From assembly GCA_037144075.1 (NCBI GenBank), contig JBAWXM010000001.1, positions 910 through 64,909 of the forward strand: a stretch of 64,000 nt of DNA. The letters run 5' to 3'. This document shows positions 23,688-33,546 of this stretch, piece by piece (the first letter of the stretch is position 1; the number at the start of each line of letters is the position of its first letter). This DNA comes from Lentisphaerota bacterium. GTDB taxonomy: Bacteria; Verrucomicrobiota; Lentisphaeria; Victivallales; Victivallaceae. The translations under genes were made by a program, and so were the position numbers. The notes under the pieces were generated by a model that saw nothing but the letters and a program-made list of their open reading frames with translations, was not told the origin of the DNA and did no database searches.

Positions 23688-23721
23688 GGAGTCAGAATTC
23701 AGAATTCAGGAGTCAGAATGG
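23688..23721 (+). repeat. Repeat family D copy
   Basis: GGAGTCAGAATTCAGAATTCAGGAGTCAGAATGG, related to 4263-4298. Confidence 0.5.
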
Positions 23722-24381
23722 GAACCGGAAATTAAAAAAACAGTGGAACAGTTGCAATGGCGGATAACCCAATGGAGGGTTGTGCTCCGTCACAACCTTC
23801 TTTCGATCCCGGTCACGACAGAGCGGCCCATTCATTAATGCAGCTACTTGATAAACAGACAGTTTAATATGACAATTTTAAAAACGTTTAAAACATAGAA
23901 GTCTAAAACAAAGATACTAAAGTTTGCCGCCGGCTTCGCGCTGCCATTCGGATACCCGCGCATCAAAATCCTTGTCTGAAACCGGCTCAATCGCAAACTC
24001 TTTTGTCAGTGGAATACCTTTAGAGTCCGAAGCCCCTTTTACAAGGGAGAGCAAGTCAACTTTGTTTTCTTTGCATACTGTTAGCGGCCTTACATCAAGC
24101 AGAAGTGTTTTTCCGTTATTTATCAGCTGACCTATCGAGGTCTCCTCTTTACTGGCGGCGCCGGCGTTTTGTGCCAGGTCGACAGAACCGGTTAGTGAAC
24201 TCGTCTTGATTCACCCGTTCCGCAGTTGGTCACCCATATCCCCCGTTACAATCGCAAAATAAGGACAGCGCCTCGCGCCGGTGATTATTCATCGAGCAAC
24301 TGGTGACGCGAAGGGTGTCGGGATTCGTAAGCTGAAAAGAAATATTCTCATTCTTTTTTGCTGATTTTTATTGTTCAGGTA

Positions 24382-24410
24382 TTGACAGATTAAATTTTGT
24401 ATGTTATAAT
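24382..24410 (+). promoter_or_regulatory. Consensus sigma70-like promoter (TTGACA-17-TATAAT) of the regulator/prepilin-like/GHL10 locus
   Basis: TTGACA at 24382-24387 and TATAAT at 24405-24410. It overlaps an 8-bp inverted repeat, AATGTTAA (24408-24415) and TTAACATT (24432-24439). Confidence 0.6.
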
Positions 24411-24442
24411 GTTAATAAAATAAATTAAAAGTTAACATTGCT

Positions 24443-25531
24443 ATGAATGTGTTGCAGGAAAATATATATAAGTACTTGCTGGATAGCATTTCCGCAGGCA
24501 AACTGTGCAAGGACGACCGCATTCCAACAGAAAATGAGTTGGGAGAGATGTTCAACACCAACCGGATGAATGCGCATTTTGCGATTAAGGAGTTGGAGCG
24601 ATCGGGGGTTCTGCGGCGGAATAAGGGGCAGGGAACTTTTGTCCGCCATGTACCGAGAATTTATTCACTTGGCAAGTTAAAGAGTGTCGCCACCAGGCGT
24701 ATTTGTGTGCTTAATCTGTGCTATTCCAGGTCATCACAGGTACATTGGAATAACCGGATCATCAATGCGCTGGAAGAAACATTAAGGGAATCGGATATTG
24801 AGATAGCCTATAATGATGTTTCCGGGTTCCAGACATTGGAGGAATACAAAGAATTACTGGAGACATTGCTTCTGGAGGGCTGCAACGGCCTGATTATTAT
24901 TGACAATGGTGAAAATGATTTTTTAATTGATCACATGGAAATATTTTTTAAATTCCATAATAATGTTTATATTTTTGACCGCGGGTTCAAGCAGTGGCAG
25001 GATATGCCGTATAATGTGGTTTCGATGAATATATTTGGCGAAGGCTTAATTGCCGCCGAATATCTGCTAATGAAAGGCTATGTTGATGTGATTTTTTGTA
25101 AAAACTGCGAGGATGAGCATTGGTTGCGGGAGCGGATTCGCGGCATGCAGTTTGGTTTTAATCGCGGACAATGTAAAAAAGAAATGGTAATTTGCGAAGT
25201 CAGTGAAAATGGCATAAACTGTGATTTGATGCAAAAAATAAAAGCTGCGCCGGGAAAATATACGCTGGCTGTCCAAAACGACTTTCTGGCGGCGAGAATA
25301 ATTGATTATTGCTCATCCGCCGGTCTTAAGGTCGGCAAGGATTTCAGAACCATTTCCTTTGACGACAGCGCTGAATTGAGGAACTATGACCTGACCACTG
25401 TTTCTCCGGCGCTGGAGCGCATCGGCAAATACCTGGCGGCAATCGTCAAAAAAAATGTGGACAAGAATGACTGCAAAGAGATTTTATGCGTTAAAATTAA
25501 TTCGGAATTAGTCGTAAGAAGTTCGTGTTAA
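24443..25531 (+). CDS. GntR-type HTH fused to LacI/PBP-like sugar-binding domain regulator
   Basis: DRIPTENELGEMFNTNRMNAHFAIKELERSGVLRRNKGQGTFV is a GntR winged helix. The C-terminal part is PBP-like (GLIIIDNG ... ISFDD). Confidence 0.8.
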   Translation: MNVLQENIYKYLLDSISAGKLCKDDRIPTENELGEMFNTNRMNAHFAIKELERSGVLRRNKGQGTFVRHVPRIYSLGKLKSVATRRICVLNLCYSRSSQVHWNNRIINALEETLRESDIEIAYNDVSGFQTLEEYKELLETLLLEGCNGLIIIDNGENDFLIDHMEIFFKFHNNVYIFDRGFKQWQDMPYNVVSMNIFGEGLIAAEYLLMKGYVDVIFCKNCEDEHWLRERIRGMQFGFNRGQCKKEMVICEVSENGINCDLMQKIKAAPGKYTLAVQNDFLAARIIDYCSSAGLKVGKDFRTISFDDSAELRNYDLTTVSPALERIGKYLAAIVKKNVDKNDCKEILCVKINSELVVRSSC

Positions 25532-25560
25532 AATAATCATCAACCAAATGGAGGCTTTGT

Positions 25561-26313
25561 ATGATTAAAAAGAAAAGTTTTACGCTCATTGAACTGCTGG
25601 TAGTTGTAGCTATTATTGCGATTTTAGCCGGTATGCTGCTGCCTGCACTGGGAAAGGCTAGAGAGAAAGCGAAAACCACTAAATGCATTAACAACATGAA
25701 GCAGCTTGGCAATGGTATGTCATTCTATTTTGTTGATTACAGCGACTGTGTGCCTCAGCCGTTGTCAACGGACGGCAGCACATTGAATACGCAATGGGAT
25801 TATCTGATCAGGACATATGTAGGATTGCCGGCATCCGCCGTTAACGGTGTCGGTGGTTATCCGCGCGGGGAAAAGAGCGTCTATCATTGTCCGGCAGGCC
25901 GCAGTTACGATGTTCAGAGCTGCCGCAGCTATGCGATTAACGACTATTTATATCCGCTGCAGGCTGGTCAGCTTAATTTTGCCAAAGTTTCCAGATGCAA
26001 ATTTCCGTCTAAAGTTCCATTGCTTGGAGAGTTATGTCAGAGATGGAACAGCGCGACTGCCGCTTACGGAGATGGTCAATTGTTTGGTCATTACAGAAAC
26101 GGGGTAAAAATGACCGGCGGCGAATCCAGTACCGGAACTAATGGCGGAAGTTATGAAGTAGCCTGGCGTCATGCACGGAAAGGCAATGTTTTATCTTTGT
26201 CCGGAGATGTAAAAATTTACGGAGCAATACCGTATGGCGTTTATGACCAGACCCTGTGGTGGCCGAAAGATCTCTGGTGGTATACTAATAATAACGGAAC
26301 TCGGGGATATTAG
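25561..26313 (+). CDS. Prepilin-type N-terminal domain protein (pseudopilin-like)
   Basis: [50 protein letters not shown]. It starts 30 nt after the regulator stop. Confidence 0.85.
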   Translation: MIKKKSFTLIELLVVVAIIAILAGMLLPALGKAREKAKTTKCINNMKQLGNGMSFYFVDYSDCVPQPLSTDGSTLNTQWDYLIRTYVGLPASAVNGVGGYPRGEKSVYHCPAGRSYDVQSCRSYAINDYLYPLQAGQLNFAKVSRCKFPSKVPLLGELCQRWNSATAAYGDGQLFGHYRNGVKMTGGESSTGTNGGSYEVAWRHARKGNVLSLSGDVKIYGAIPYGVYDQTLWWPKDLWWYTNNNGTRGY

Positions 26314-26363
26314 GCAATCAGATAACAGACATTATAAATTTTCATAAAAATACAGGAGAAAAA

Positions 26364-28121
26364 ATGCATTATGTCAAAATAAAGAAGCTTCGTTGTGTAT
26401 TAGTTGCGGTTGGTATCCTTGGAGCAAGCCACGCAGATATACTGGCAGACGATGCCACCGATGAGTCCATACCGGAATTTGCCGCCTCGATTTATTCACC
26501 GAATACAAAATGGACGGTAACACCGTCGGCAGCGTTGATCAAGGAGGAGGATATTAACGATGTGGACCATGGCAAAGGAAAAAGTTTTACTATTGACATG
26601 TCAAAAGTCACTGATCGTTTTACCATTCGCCTGAGCGGTTTCAGCGCTGATATCAGCCAGGCGGGATGGGCGGGCGCATGGATGAAAGTCAGTAACCGGG
26701 AGCCGTTTTCTGCAGTGAATATCTATGCGTTTACAGCGAAAGGATGTTTCAAGAGATCGCTGCAATACTTGGGTAGTATTGAAAGTCCATGGCTGGAATT
26801 GGGCGTCAGCGCGGCGTTGGCATCCAATAAAAATTATTATGAAGGCAGTCCGAAATGGGACGAGCCGCTTCAAGCAATTAACTTTTGCGGTTGGAAATCT
26901 AAAAGTATTTCCACTGTTAAAGAGTGGCGGACAACTGTAACAATTGCCGGTTTTGCGGCGGACAAACGTTCCGGAGTGGAAAAGGAATTCACCATTCCCA
27001 AGGCGGAACAGGCGATGAAGAAACCTGTCAGACGCAATGTTAACGGTGTATTGCTGGAAACCCGTCCGCTGTTAGTTGAGACCGGCGTATGGCTGGACGA
27101 TGGAGTTGATGTAGCGCTGGACAAGACGGAACGTTCTGGACATAATGTTTTTGTTCCTTGCGTATGGCGCGGAATTGGTACGATCTACCGTTCTGAGAAT
27201 GAGCAGAAAATTGATTACCGTTATGAAAAATACTTCATCGGCGACAAGGATCCAATCAAGGAATTGATTGAAAAGGCGCATGCCAGAGGCATCGAGGTTC
27301 ATGCCTGGTTCTGTGTGGCTATGAATAATGCTGGATATGCTCCATATCATCCAGAATTCAAGGAGCCAGGGTCGCCTGCAAATGCTTTTGACATGCAGAA
27401 TCCGGCATTTCGAAATTTCATTGTCAAAGAAATTGTGGATTTTGTTAAAAAATACAACGTGGATGGAATCTGTCTCGATTATATCCGCACCGCCGGGATT
27501 TCTTTCAGCAAAACTGCTGCTGAAATTTATCAGCAGAAATATGGTACCGACATAAGTGAATTGAAAGGAACAAACTGGATGTCCGATCCGGCATTAAACA
27601 AGCGTTTACTGGACTGGCAGGAAGCGGCGGTTTCGGATGTGGTAAAACGCGTCAGTGAAGGTGTCCGTGCGATTAAACCGGGATTGATTATCACTACTTG
27701 CGGCTTGCCCTTGCCGAAACCGCAGTTGCACGAAGAGGGGCGGAATGAATGGCTCTGGCTGGAAAAAGGCTGGATTGATGTTGCTTATGATATGGATTAC
27801 GGTTCCGCGCCGGGCGCAAAACTGTTACAGGTCAGAGCCGCTCAACCCGCATATGCCGACCGTTATGCCAAAATGCTTGGTATTTACAGCCGGTTTCCCA
27901 GCGCAAAGAACATCATTAAGGTTGAGGGTGATATGCTGGGGTCGCGTTCAGGAACAGGTTATGCCAATGCCGTTGAATATTCACTCAGAAAATTTTATGG
28001 TACTGGCGGCGTGGCCACTTACTGGTATGAAAACCTGAATAAAGAAATCTCGGATGCGCTGAAGACCGGTACATACAAAGAAAAAGCACTGCCTGCATGG
28101 AAAGAGAACTATAAAAAGTAG
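26364..28121 (+). CDS. Secreted protein with C-terminal glycoside-hydrolase-like family 10 (GHL10/DUF187-like) TIM barrel
   Basis: A signal-like N-terminus is present. GIEVHAWFCV and YNVDGICLDYIRTAG resemble the GHL10 (YngK-like) blocks. Confidence 0.5.
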   Translation: MHYVKIKKLRCVLVAVGILGASHADILADDATDESIPEFAASIYSPNTKWTVTPSAALIKEEDINDVDHGKGKSFTIDMSKVTDRFTIRLSGFSADISQAGWAGAWMKVSNREPFSAVNIYAFTAKGCFKRSLQYLGSIESPWLELGVSAALASNKNYYEGSPKWDEPLQAINFCGWKSKSISTVKEWRTTVTIAGFAADKRSGVEKEFTIPKAEQAMKKPVRRNVNGVLLETRPLLVETGVWLDDGVDVALDKTERSGHNVFVPCVWRGIGTIYRSENEQKIDYRYEKYFIGDKDPIKELIEKAHARGIEVHAWFCVAMNNAGYAPYHPEFKEPGSPANAFDMQNPAFRNFIVKEIVDFVKKYNVDGICLDYIRTAGISFSKTAAEIYQQKYGTDISELKGTNWMSDPALNKRLLDWQEAAVSDVVKRVSEGVRAIKPGLIITTCGLPLPKPQLHEEGRNEWLWLEKGWIDVAYDMDYGSAPGAKLLQVRAAQPAYADRYAKMLGIYSRFPSAKNIIKVEGDMLGSRSGTGYANAVEYSLRKFYGTGGVATYWYENLNKEISDALKTGTYKEKALPAWKENYKK

Positions 28122-28375
28122 TGGTTAGCTTATTTGGCAAAACCGGGAAACCGACATAGTTTCGCCGGGAACTGGTTCGGCGCGATTGAGTCCGGCGCTG
28201 GGGTGACTAATTAATTTCGTCATCAAGAAAAGTATTTAGTTTTGCTGATGAAAGTCAATGCAGTAGAATGGCATTAGAGTAAATTGAAAGCGGAAATTCA
28301 TACCGTATTGAGAATGACTGTGACTAATTAATTTTAGAAAAACAATCAATTTGTATTTACTTTGAAAAGGATATC

Positions 28376-29443
28376 GTGTCAGAACGAAATTTAAGTCCGC
28401 AGAATATGTTTATGGCGCTGGTCAAAGATTACACGCCTGCAATGGCATATACCGGAGGCGATGTTGAAGCTTGGCGGCAAAAGACGCTGCCGGAAGTTTT
28501 AAGAACACTCGGAAATCCACCGCCACCAATTGCCGGATTAAACCCGGAGTTGCTAGTTGAATGGCGACACGAAGGTTTATTGAAGCAGAAATGGCTGATT
28601 GATGTCTCCAAACATATTTCGGCAACTTTTTTGATCAATCGGCCTGAGGATATTCCGACCGGGCAGAAATTACCAGCGTTATTTTGTTGTCACGGACATG
28701 GTCCGGATGGCAAGGAACCGGTAATGGGTAACGATTCGTCGCCCGGACTGAAAAATGATATTGAACGACTCAACTACGATTACGGACAGCAGATGGCTCA
28801 GGCCGGATTTGTTACATTTGCCATAGACTGGATTGGTTTCGGAGAACGCAATGATTCAAAGAAGCCCAATCATTATAATCATGCTTCTGGCGGGCGCGAC
28901 TGGTGCAATTTATATTATCTACATGCCACCATGTTGGGCATGACTTCACTGGGGATCAATATTGCTCACGGACGCGCAGCTACTGATTTTGCCTGTACTT
29001 TTGAACACGTTGACCCAGCGCGACTGGGGGTTATGGGGCTTAGTGGTGGAGGTACAATGGCGCTATGGCTCAGTTTATGCGATGAACGATTTAAAGCTAC
29101 TGAAATTATCTGCTACAGCGATCTTTGGAGTTGCTTTGGAATCCGTGACGTCAACTACTGTGGCATGCAGATTGCACCAGGCTTGTTCAATCTGGTGGAT
29201 GTGCCGGACCTTCAGGGGTTATTGGCTCCGCGACCATTGCTGGTTGATGTCGGAATTTACGATGAAACATTCAAAATAGATTCTGCAAATGTATGCTGTC
29301 ACAAAGTTCAAATGATTTATGAGCAAGCCGGAGCCGGAGATAAATTCGAACAGGACTTGTTTCCGGGCGCGCATAAATGGAGCGGTCGTAAATCTCTTGA
29401 TTTTTTTAACCGTTATTTGAAAGTTACGGAGAAATCAGTGTAA
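28376..29443 (+). CDS. Alpha/beta hydrolase (carbohydrate-esterase-like)
   Basis: The nucleophile elbow is GLSGGG within VMGLSGGGTMALW. The fold looks dienelactone-hydrolase/acetyl-esterase-like. The start codon is GTG, preceded by AAAGGA. Confidence 0.6.
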   Translation: MSERNLSPQNMFMALVKDYTPAMAYTGGDVEAWRQKTLPEVLRTLGNPPPPIAGLNPELLVEWRHEGLLKQKWLIDVSKHISATFLINRPEDIPTGQKLPALFCCHGHGPDGKEPVMGNDSSPGLKNDIERLNYDYGQQMAQAGFVTFAIDWIGFGERNDSKKPNHYNHASGGRDWCNLYYLHATMLGMTSLGINIAHGRAATDFACTFEHVDPARLGVMGLSGGGTMALWLSLCDERFKATEIICYSDLWSCFGIRDVNYCGMQIAPGLFNLVDVPDLQGLLAPRPLLVDVGIYDETFKIDSANVCCHKVQMIYEQAGAGDKFEQDLFPGAHKWSGRKSLDFFNRYLKVTEKSV

Positions 29444-29603
29444 TTTTGTAGCCTTTAACGAACACAGAATCTCCTTACGTCCGTAATTAATCGCTCTGCC
29501 TGGAGAACAGGATGGACTTCCACGCCATGGCGCTGGTCGTAGATTCGAAAACTAAAGCTAATACACTAAATACAAAAGCGATAATACCCGAAGGAAATTA
29601 ATT

Positions 29604-31760
29604 ATGAAACCCAAAATTGAAAAAAATGTTAATGCCGAATCAGCTCTCCGTCAGATATCATCAGAGGCTCTGTCAAAGTTCATTAATAGTCGTCGACAGA
29701 TTCATTTTGATTTTCACACTCCGGATTCCATGCCGGACTTTTTGAAGAATTTTTCGGCGGATGAATTTGTGAAAATACTTAAAGCGGCAAACGTGCTGGG
29801 AATTAAATTTTTCGCAAAATGCCACTACGGTAACAGTTATTACTTTACCGGAGCGGGCAAACGCCATCCGCAATTAAAATTTGATTTGCTGCGGGAAATA
29901 ATTGACGTCTGCCGGAATAACGATATCTTATGCTATATCTATTATTCCGTGCTTAGCGACCAGGATGCGGCGCGAAAACATCCGGAGTGGCGACAGGTAA
30001 CAGAAACGGGTGAACCGGCATATTTATCCATGCAGCTCTGTCCGAATTCAAAGTATGTTGATGAATTGTTTGTTCCGCAAATTGAGGAATTATGCAAGGA
30101 ATACAAAACGGACGGTTTTTTCTTAGATATTGTATTTCCCATAACGGACAAAATGACCTGTTTTTGTCCTGAGTGCCGTCGCAAATTTAAGCAGCAGACC
30201 GGTATGGATCTGTCAAAAGAACTAATTCTGCGCGAACCGCGGTTGCTGAATGCGTTTATGGTACGGAGTACGGCGCAGATGATGGAAAAAATTACCGCGG
30301 CGAGGGATTTGTATGCTCCAGAGATGCTGATTATATCCAACCATGGTTGTGTGCTGGAGCAATTCAAATACGACGATGAACATCCTTTAATATATGCTTC
30401 AGACGTCGGCTGTTCTGAAGCTCAGCCTAGTGTTCTCGGCAATTACGCCGTGCATGAGCATTACGGCCGGTATTTCGCGGCAAAAGGTATTCCATTTGAA
30501 ATTATTCCGGTAATTTTCATGTGGGGTTGGGGCGAGCATACATTGAAGCCGCTGGCACAGATGAACTATGAAAATGCGCTGATTATATCGCATGGCGGGG
30601 TAATCAATCTCGGCGACCATTTCGCGGCTGACGGCAAGTTACATCCAAAAGTATATGAGCGCATAGGCCAGTCATTCGCTTTCGTTAAAGAGCGTGAACA
30701 GTTCCTGGTTGATGCCGTCCCTGTGCGATATGCCGCAGTGTTAAACCGTGCGGATGATGTCTATTTCAATCGTGCCGTCCATGGTGCAGAAAAAATGCTG
30801 GCTGATGTCCAGATTCAGACAGATGTTATTGACAATACGATGCTTGATTGTTTGGATAGGTATAAAATACTCATTATTCCTGACCGGACAGTAAATAAAG
30901 GCAGCTTATCGCGACCTGGCTCTTTTCTCTACGGTATTCCACCGATGCCTGAAAGCAGCGTCGGGAAGATAGCTCAATGGGTAGAGGATGGAGGCCGGCT
31001 TATTGTTACCGGCAATGCGTTTGATGGAGAGGCGGGAAATTCATTAGTCGAGCAATTGCTGGGAGTGCGGATCAAAGGTCGGGCTGCTGATTTCGGGTAT
31101 ATTGTCGGGCATTGCGGAAATGTTCCGGACGCTTATGATGGTTTTCCGCTGCAAATCCGTTCGACAATTTTTGAGGCGGAAACTATTGGAGCAAAAGTCA
31201 TTATTCACTGGGAGAAGAAAGCGTGTCCTGTTGATTCATCCGAGCAACTCATGCATGCCCCGATCTATCCACCCGGCGGAGGCGCTGGCGGCGAATTTTT
31301 ATTCCGCAACCGCTACGGCAAAGGGGAGGTAATATATTTTGCCGCGCCGCTGTTTCTCGATTACACGCAAACGAATCATCCCTGGTTGAAAGAAATATTT
31401 CTGCATGTGACCAAGGATATTTTCCACGATTCACCAGTTGTTCTAAACGATTCGTTGCCGTCATTGCGTACCAATCTCCGGCGAAGACACGATGGAACAT
31501 TGTTCCTTGACTTGATGTATGCGCATATTGAACAGCCGGTGATGCAATACCATGATGCATTTGGACGTTCAAATTATCCGGTTATTGAGCGGGAATATCC
31601 GCTAAAGGATGTTATGATCACTGTCCGCGGGGTCCGTGCAAAAACTGTTACGCTGGAACCTGGCAATAGAAAAGTTGTATGGCATCAAAAAGGTAATAGT
31701 CTGGTGATAGCGGTTCAGGAAATAAGAACATACGATATTCTGTGCATCGCGCCGGAATAA
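29604..31760 (+). CDS. Putative glycoside hydrolase (GHL6-like N-terminal TIM barrel plus GH42-type trimerisation/GATase-like domain)
   Basis: HFDFHTPDS ... FFAKCHYGNSYY ... DGFFLDIV resemble GHL6. No signal peptide is seen. Confidence 0.5.
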   Translation: MKPKIEKNVNAESALRQISSEALSKFINSRRQIHFDFHTPDSMPDFLKNFSADEFVKILKAANVLGIKFFAKCHYGNSYYFTGAGKRHPQLKFDLLREIIDVCRNNDILCYIYYSVLSDQDAARKHPEWRQVTETGEPAYLSMQLCPNSKYVDELFVPQIEELCKEYKTDGFFLDIVFPITDKMTCFCPECRRKFKQQTGMDLSKELILREPRLLNAFMVRSTAQMMEKITAARDLYAPEMLIISNHGCVLEQFKYDDEHPLIYASDVGCSEAQPSVLGNYAVHEHYGRYFAAKGIPFEIIPVIFMWGWGEHTLKPLAQMNYENALIISHGGVINLGDHFAADGKLHPKVYERIGQSFAFVKEREQFLVDAVPVRYAAVLNRADDVYFNRAVHGAEKMLADVQIQTDVIDNTMLDCLDRYKILIIPDRTVNKGSLSRPGSFLYGIPPMPESSVGKIAQWVEDGGRLIVTGNAFDGEAGNSLVEQLLGVRIKGRAADFGYIVGHCGNVPDAYDGFPLQIRSTIFEAETIGAKVIIHWEKKACPVDSSEQLMHAPIYPPGGGAGGEFLFRNRYGKGEVIYFAAPLFLDYTQTNHPWLKEIFLHVTKDIFHDSPVVLNDSLPSLRTNLRRRHDGTLFLDLMYAHIEQPVMQYHDAFGRSNYPVIEREYPLKDVMITVRGVRAKTVTLEPGNRKVVWHQKGNSLVIAVQEIRTYDILCIAPE

Positions 31761-31868
31761 CGTCAATCGGTTACAACAAAAATTGAAAGTGTTCGATGTG
31801 AGTGTAGAAAGATAGTAAATACCGATAGGGATTAGGGGAGCGTAGTTGTAGTATAAGGAATAAATATT

Positions 31869-32208
31869 TTGAAAGTATTACTGCATGTAAATTATTATGA
31901 AGGCAAAGGCCGGCTAAAAAAAAATATTTGAATTGGCTAGCCAATATGGCTATGACGGGGTTGAGTTGCGCCGAAAATACGCATTCGATGATCTTGATCA
32001 AACCAGCTACCAACTGGAAGTAGCGGCGCTCAAGGCACATTATCCGACTATGGAGGTCGTTTTTGGCGGTGCAATTGATTTTTGTAGCGGGAAAAAAGAT
32101 GAAGTAGAAAAAACACCGGCGAATATCTGCACTTTCTTGAATGGCATACTCGCCGCAAAAGAAGATATGGAATATATGCGTTCGCTGAAAGAGTATTTCA
32201 ATACCTGA
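31869..32208 (+). pseudogene. Frameshifted and truncated sugar-phosphate isomerase/epimerase fragment
   Basis: LKVLLHVNYYEGKGRLKK (frame 0) joins IFELASQYGYDGVELRRKY... (frame +1) across an A9 run at 31916-31924. The reading frame stops after about 110 codons, whereas intact family members are about 270 aa. Confidence 0.6.
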
Positions 32209-32335
32209 AAGGCTCCCATGTCCATGCGCATACACACTGGAGTTCATGAATGAGATTGAATCGGATATCGCATAAATTAAATGGAAAATCAAAATATTAC
32301 ATCATAATAACTTATTGAGAAAGGATGTAAATTTC

Positions 32336-33526
32336 ATGAAACAAATAAAAATTGGAGTCGTAGGTACTTGCGGGCGCGGAATAATAGCCAAATATCTTCA
32401 TGATAAAAATGGAAGATCTATTGTAATCGCCGGAGCTGACACGAATAAAGAGGCGCTAACTAAATTCAAAGCAGAGATCAGCCCAGACGCCTTTACAACA
32501 ACTGATTATAATGAAATGCTGAAAATTGATGAGATTGACGCAATAGTAGTGACTTCTCCAGATTTCACCCATGAAGAATATGTTTTGAAAGCTTTTAAAG
32601 CTGGGAAACATGTCTTTTGTGAAAAGCCAATGGCAATAACAACAGATGGATGTGATAAAATGCTCAAGGCCTGGCACGAAAGCGGAAAACAGTTCATGAT
32701 AGGCTTTAATATGCGCTACATGAACATGTTCCGTGTTATGAAAGACATAGTTGACTCAGGCACAATAGGAGAAATAAAGGTTGTATGGGTGCGTCATTTT
32801 GTTGGAAGTGGCGGAATGTTTTACTATCACGACTGGCATGCACAACGGAAATATTCGACAAGTCTGCTTCTGCAGAAAGCCTCTCATGATATCGACATGA
32901 TTCACTGGATAACCGGGAGATACACAAAACGGGCGATGGGGTTCGGAAGCCTTGATTACTATGGTGGCGACAAACCTGATAATTTGCGCTGTACACAATG
33001 TGGTGATAAAGATTCCTGTGTTGAATATGAGTATAAACCGCTGAGGGTCGGCAACAAGTGGGAAATGTGTGCTTTCAGAAAAGAAATCGATGTTGAGGAT
33101 AGCAGTACAATTTTATTAGAACTTGATGGCGGAATCAAGGCGACGTATATGCAATGTCACTACACCCCTGATTACTATAGAAATTATACTTTTATCGGCA
33201 CTGAAGGCAGGCTTGAAAACCTTGATGATGGCTCGAAAGTATCAGTAAAATTAAGAGACCGGTCAAAACGCTGGAAAAACTTTGCAGATCAAATTTATGA
33301 AATTAGACCGGTTAAAGGAGATGACGAAGGACATAATGGCGCTGATTCTGTGATTTGCAAGGACTTTATTGACATGATTGTCGGAGGCAAGCATCCTGTT
33401 GCCACGCCACTTGCGGGAAGAATGAGTGTCGCTACAGCTTGTGCTGCAACATATTCCATTAGAAATGGGAATAAAATGGTTGAGATCCCGCCATTGCCTG
33501 TTTCAATCAGAAATAAAGTGTTTTAG
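32336..33526 (+). CDS. Gfo/Idh/MocA-family NAD(P)-dependent oxidoreductase
   Basis: MKQIKIGVVGTCGRG is the Rossmann start. The EKPMA motif is present within HVFCEKPMAIT. Confidence 0.85.
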   Translation: MKQIKIGVVGTCGRGIIAKYLHDKNGRSIVIAGADTNKEALTKFKAEISPDAFTTTDYNEMLKIDEIDAIVVTSPDFTHEEYVLKAFKAGKHVFCEKPMAITTDGCDKMLKAWHESGKQFMIGFNMRYMNMFRVMKDIVDSGTIGEIKVVWVRHFVGSGGMFYYHDWHAQRKYSTSLLLQKASHDIDMIHWITGRYTKRAMGFGSLDYYGGDKPDNLRCTQCGDKDSCVEYEYKPLRVGNKWEMCAFRKEIDVEDSSTILLELDGGIKATYMQCHYTPDYYRNYTFIGTEGRLENLDDGSKVSVKLRDRSKRWKNFADQIYEIRPVKGDDEGHNGADSVICKDFIDMIVGGKHPVATPLAGRMSVATACAATYSIRNGNKMVEIPPLPVSIRNKVF

Positions 33527-33546
33527 GTTCACTATAATAGTACAAA

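Noticed and set aside
23617-23838. 73-aa ORF in the 23 kb spacer.
   Set aside because: It runs through the family D repeat (SEFRIQESEW) and a GC hairpin repeat, and has no ribosome-binding context.
31771-32292. 173-aa ORF on the - strand.
   Set aside because: It is antisense to the isomerase pseudogene fragment, AT-rich and Phe/Ile-rich, and has no motif. The + strand fragment has clear family similarity.
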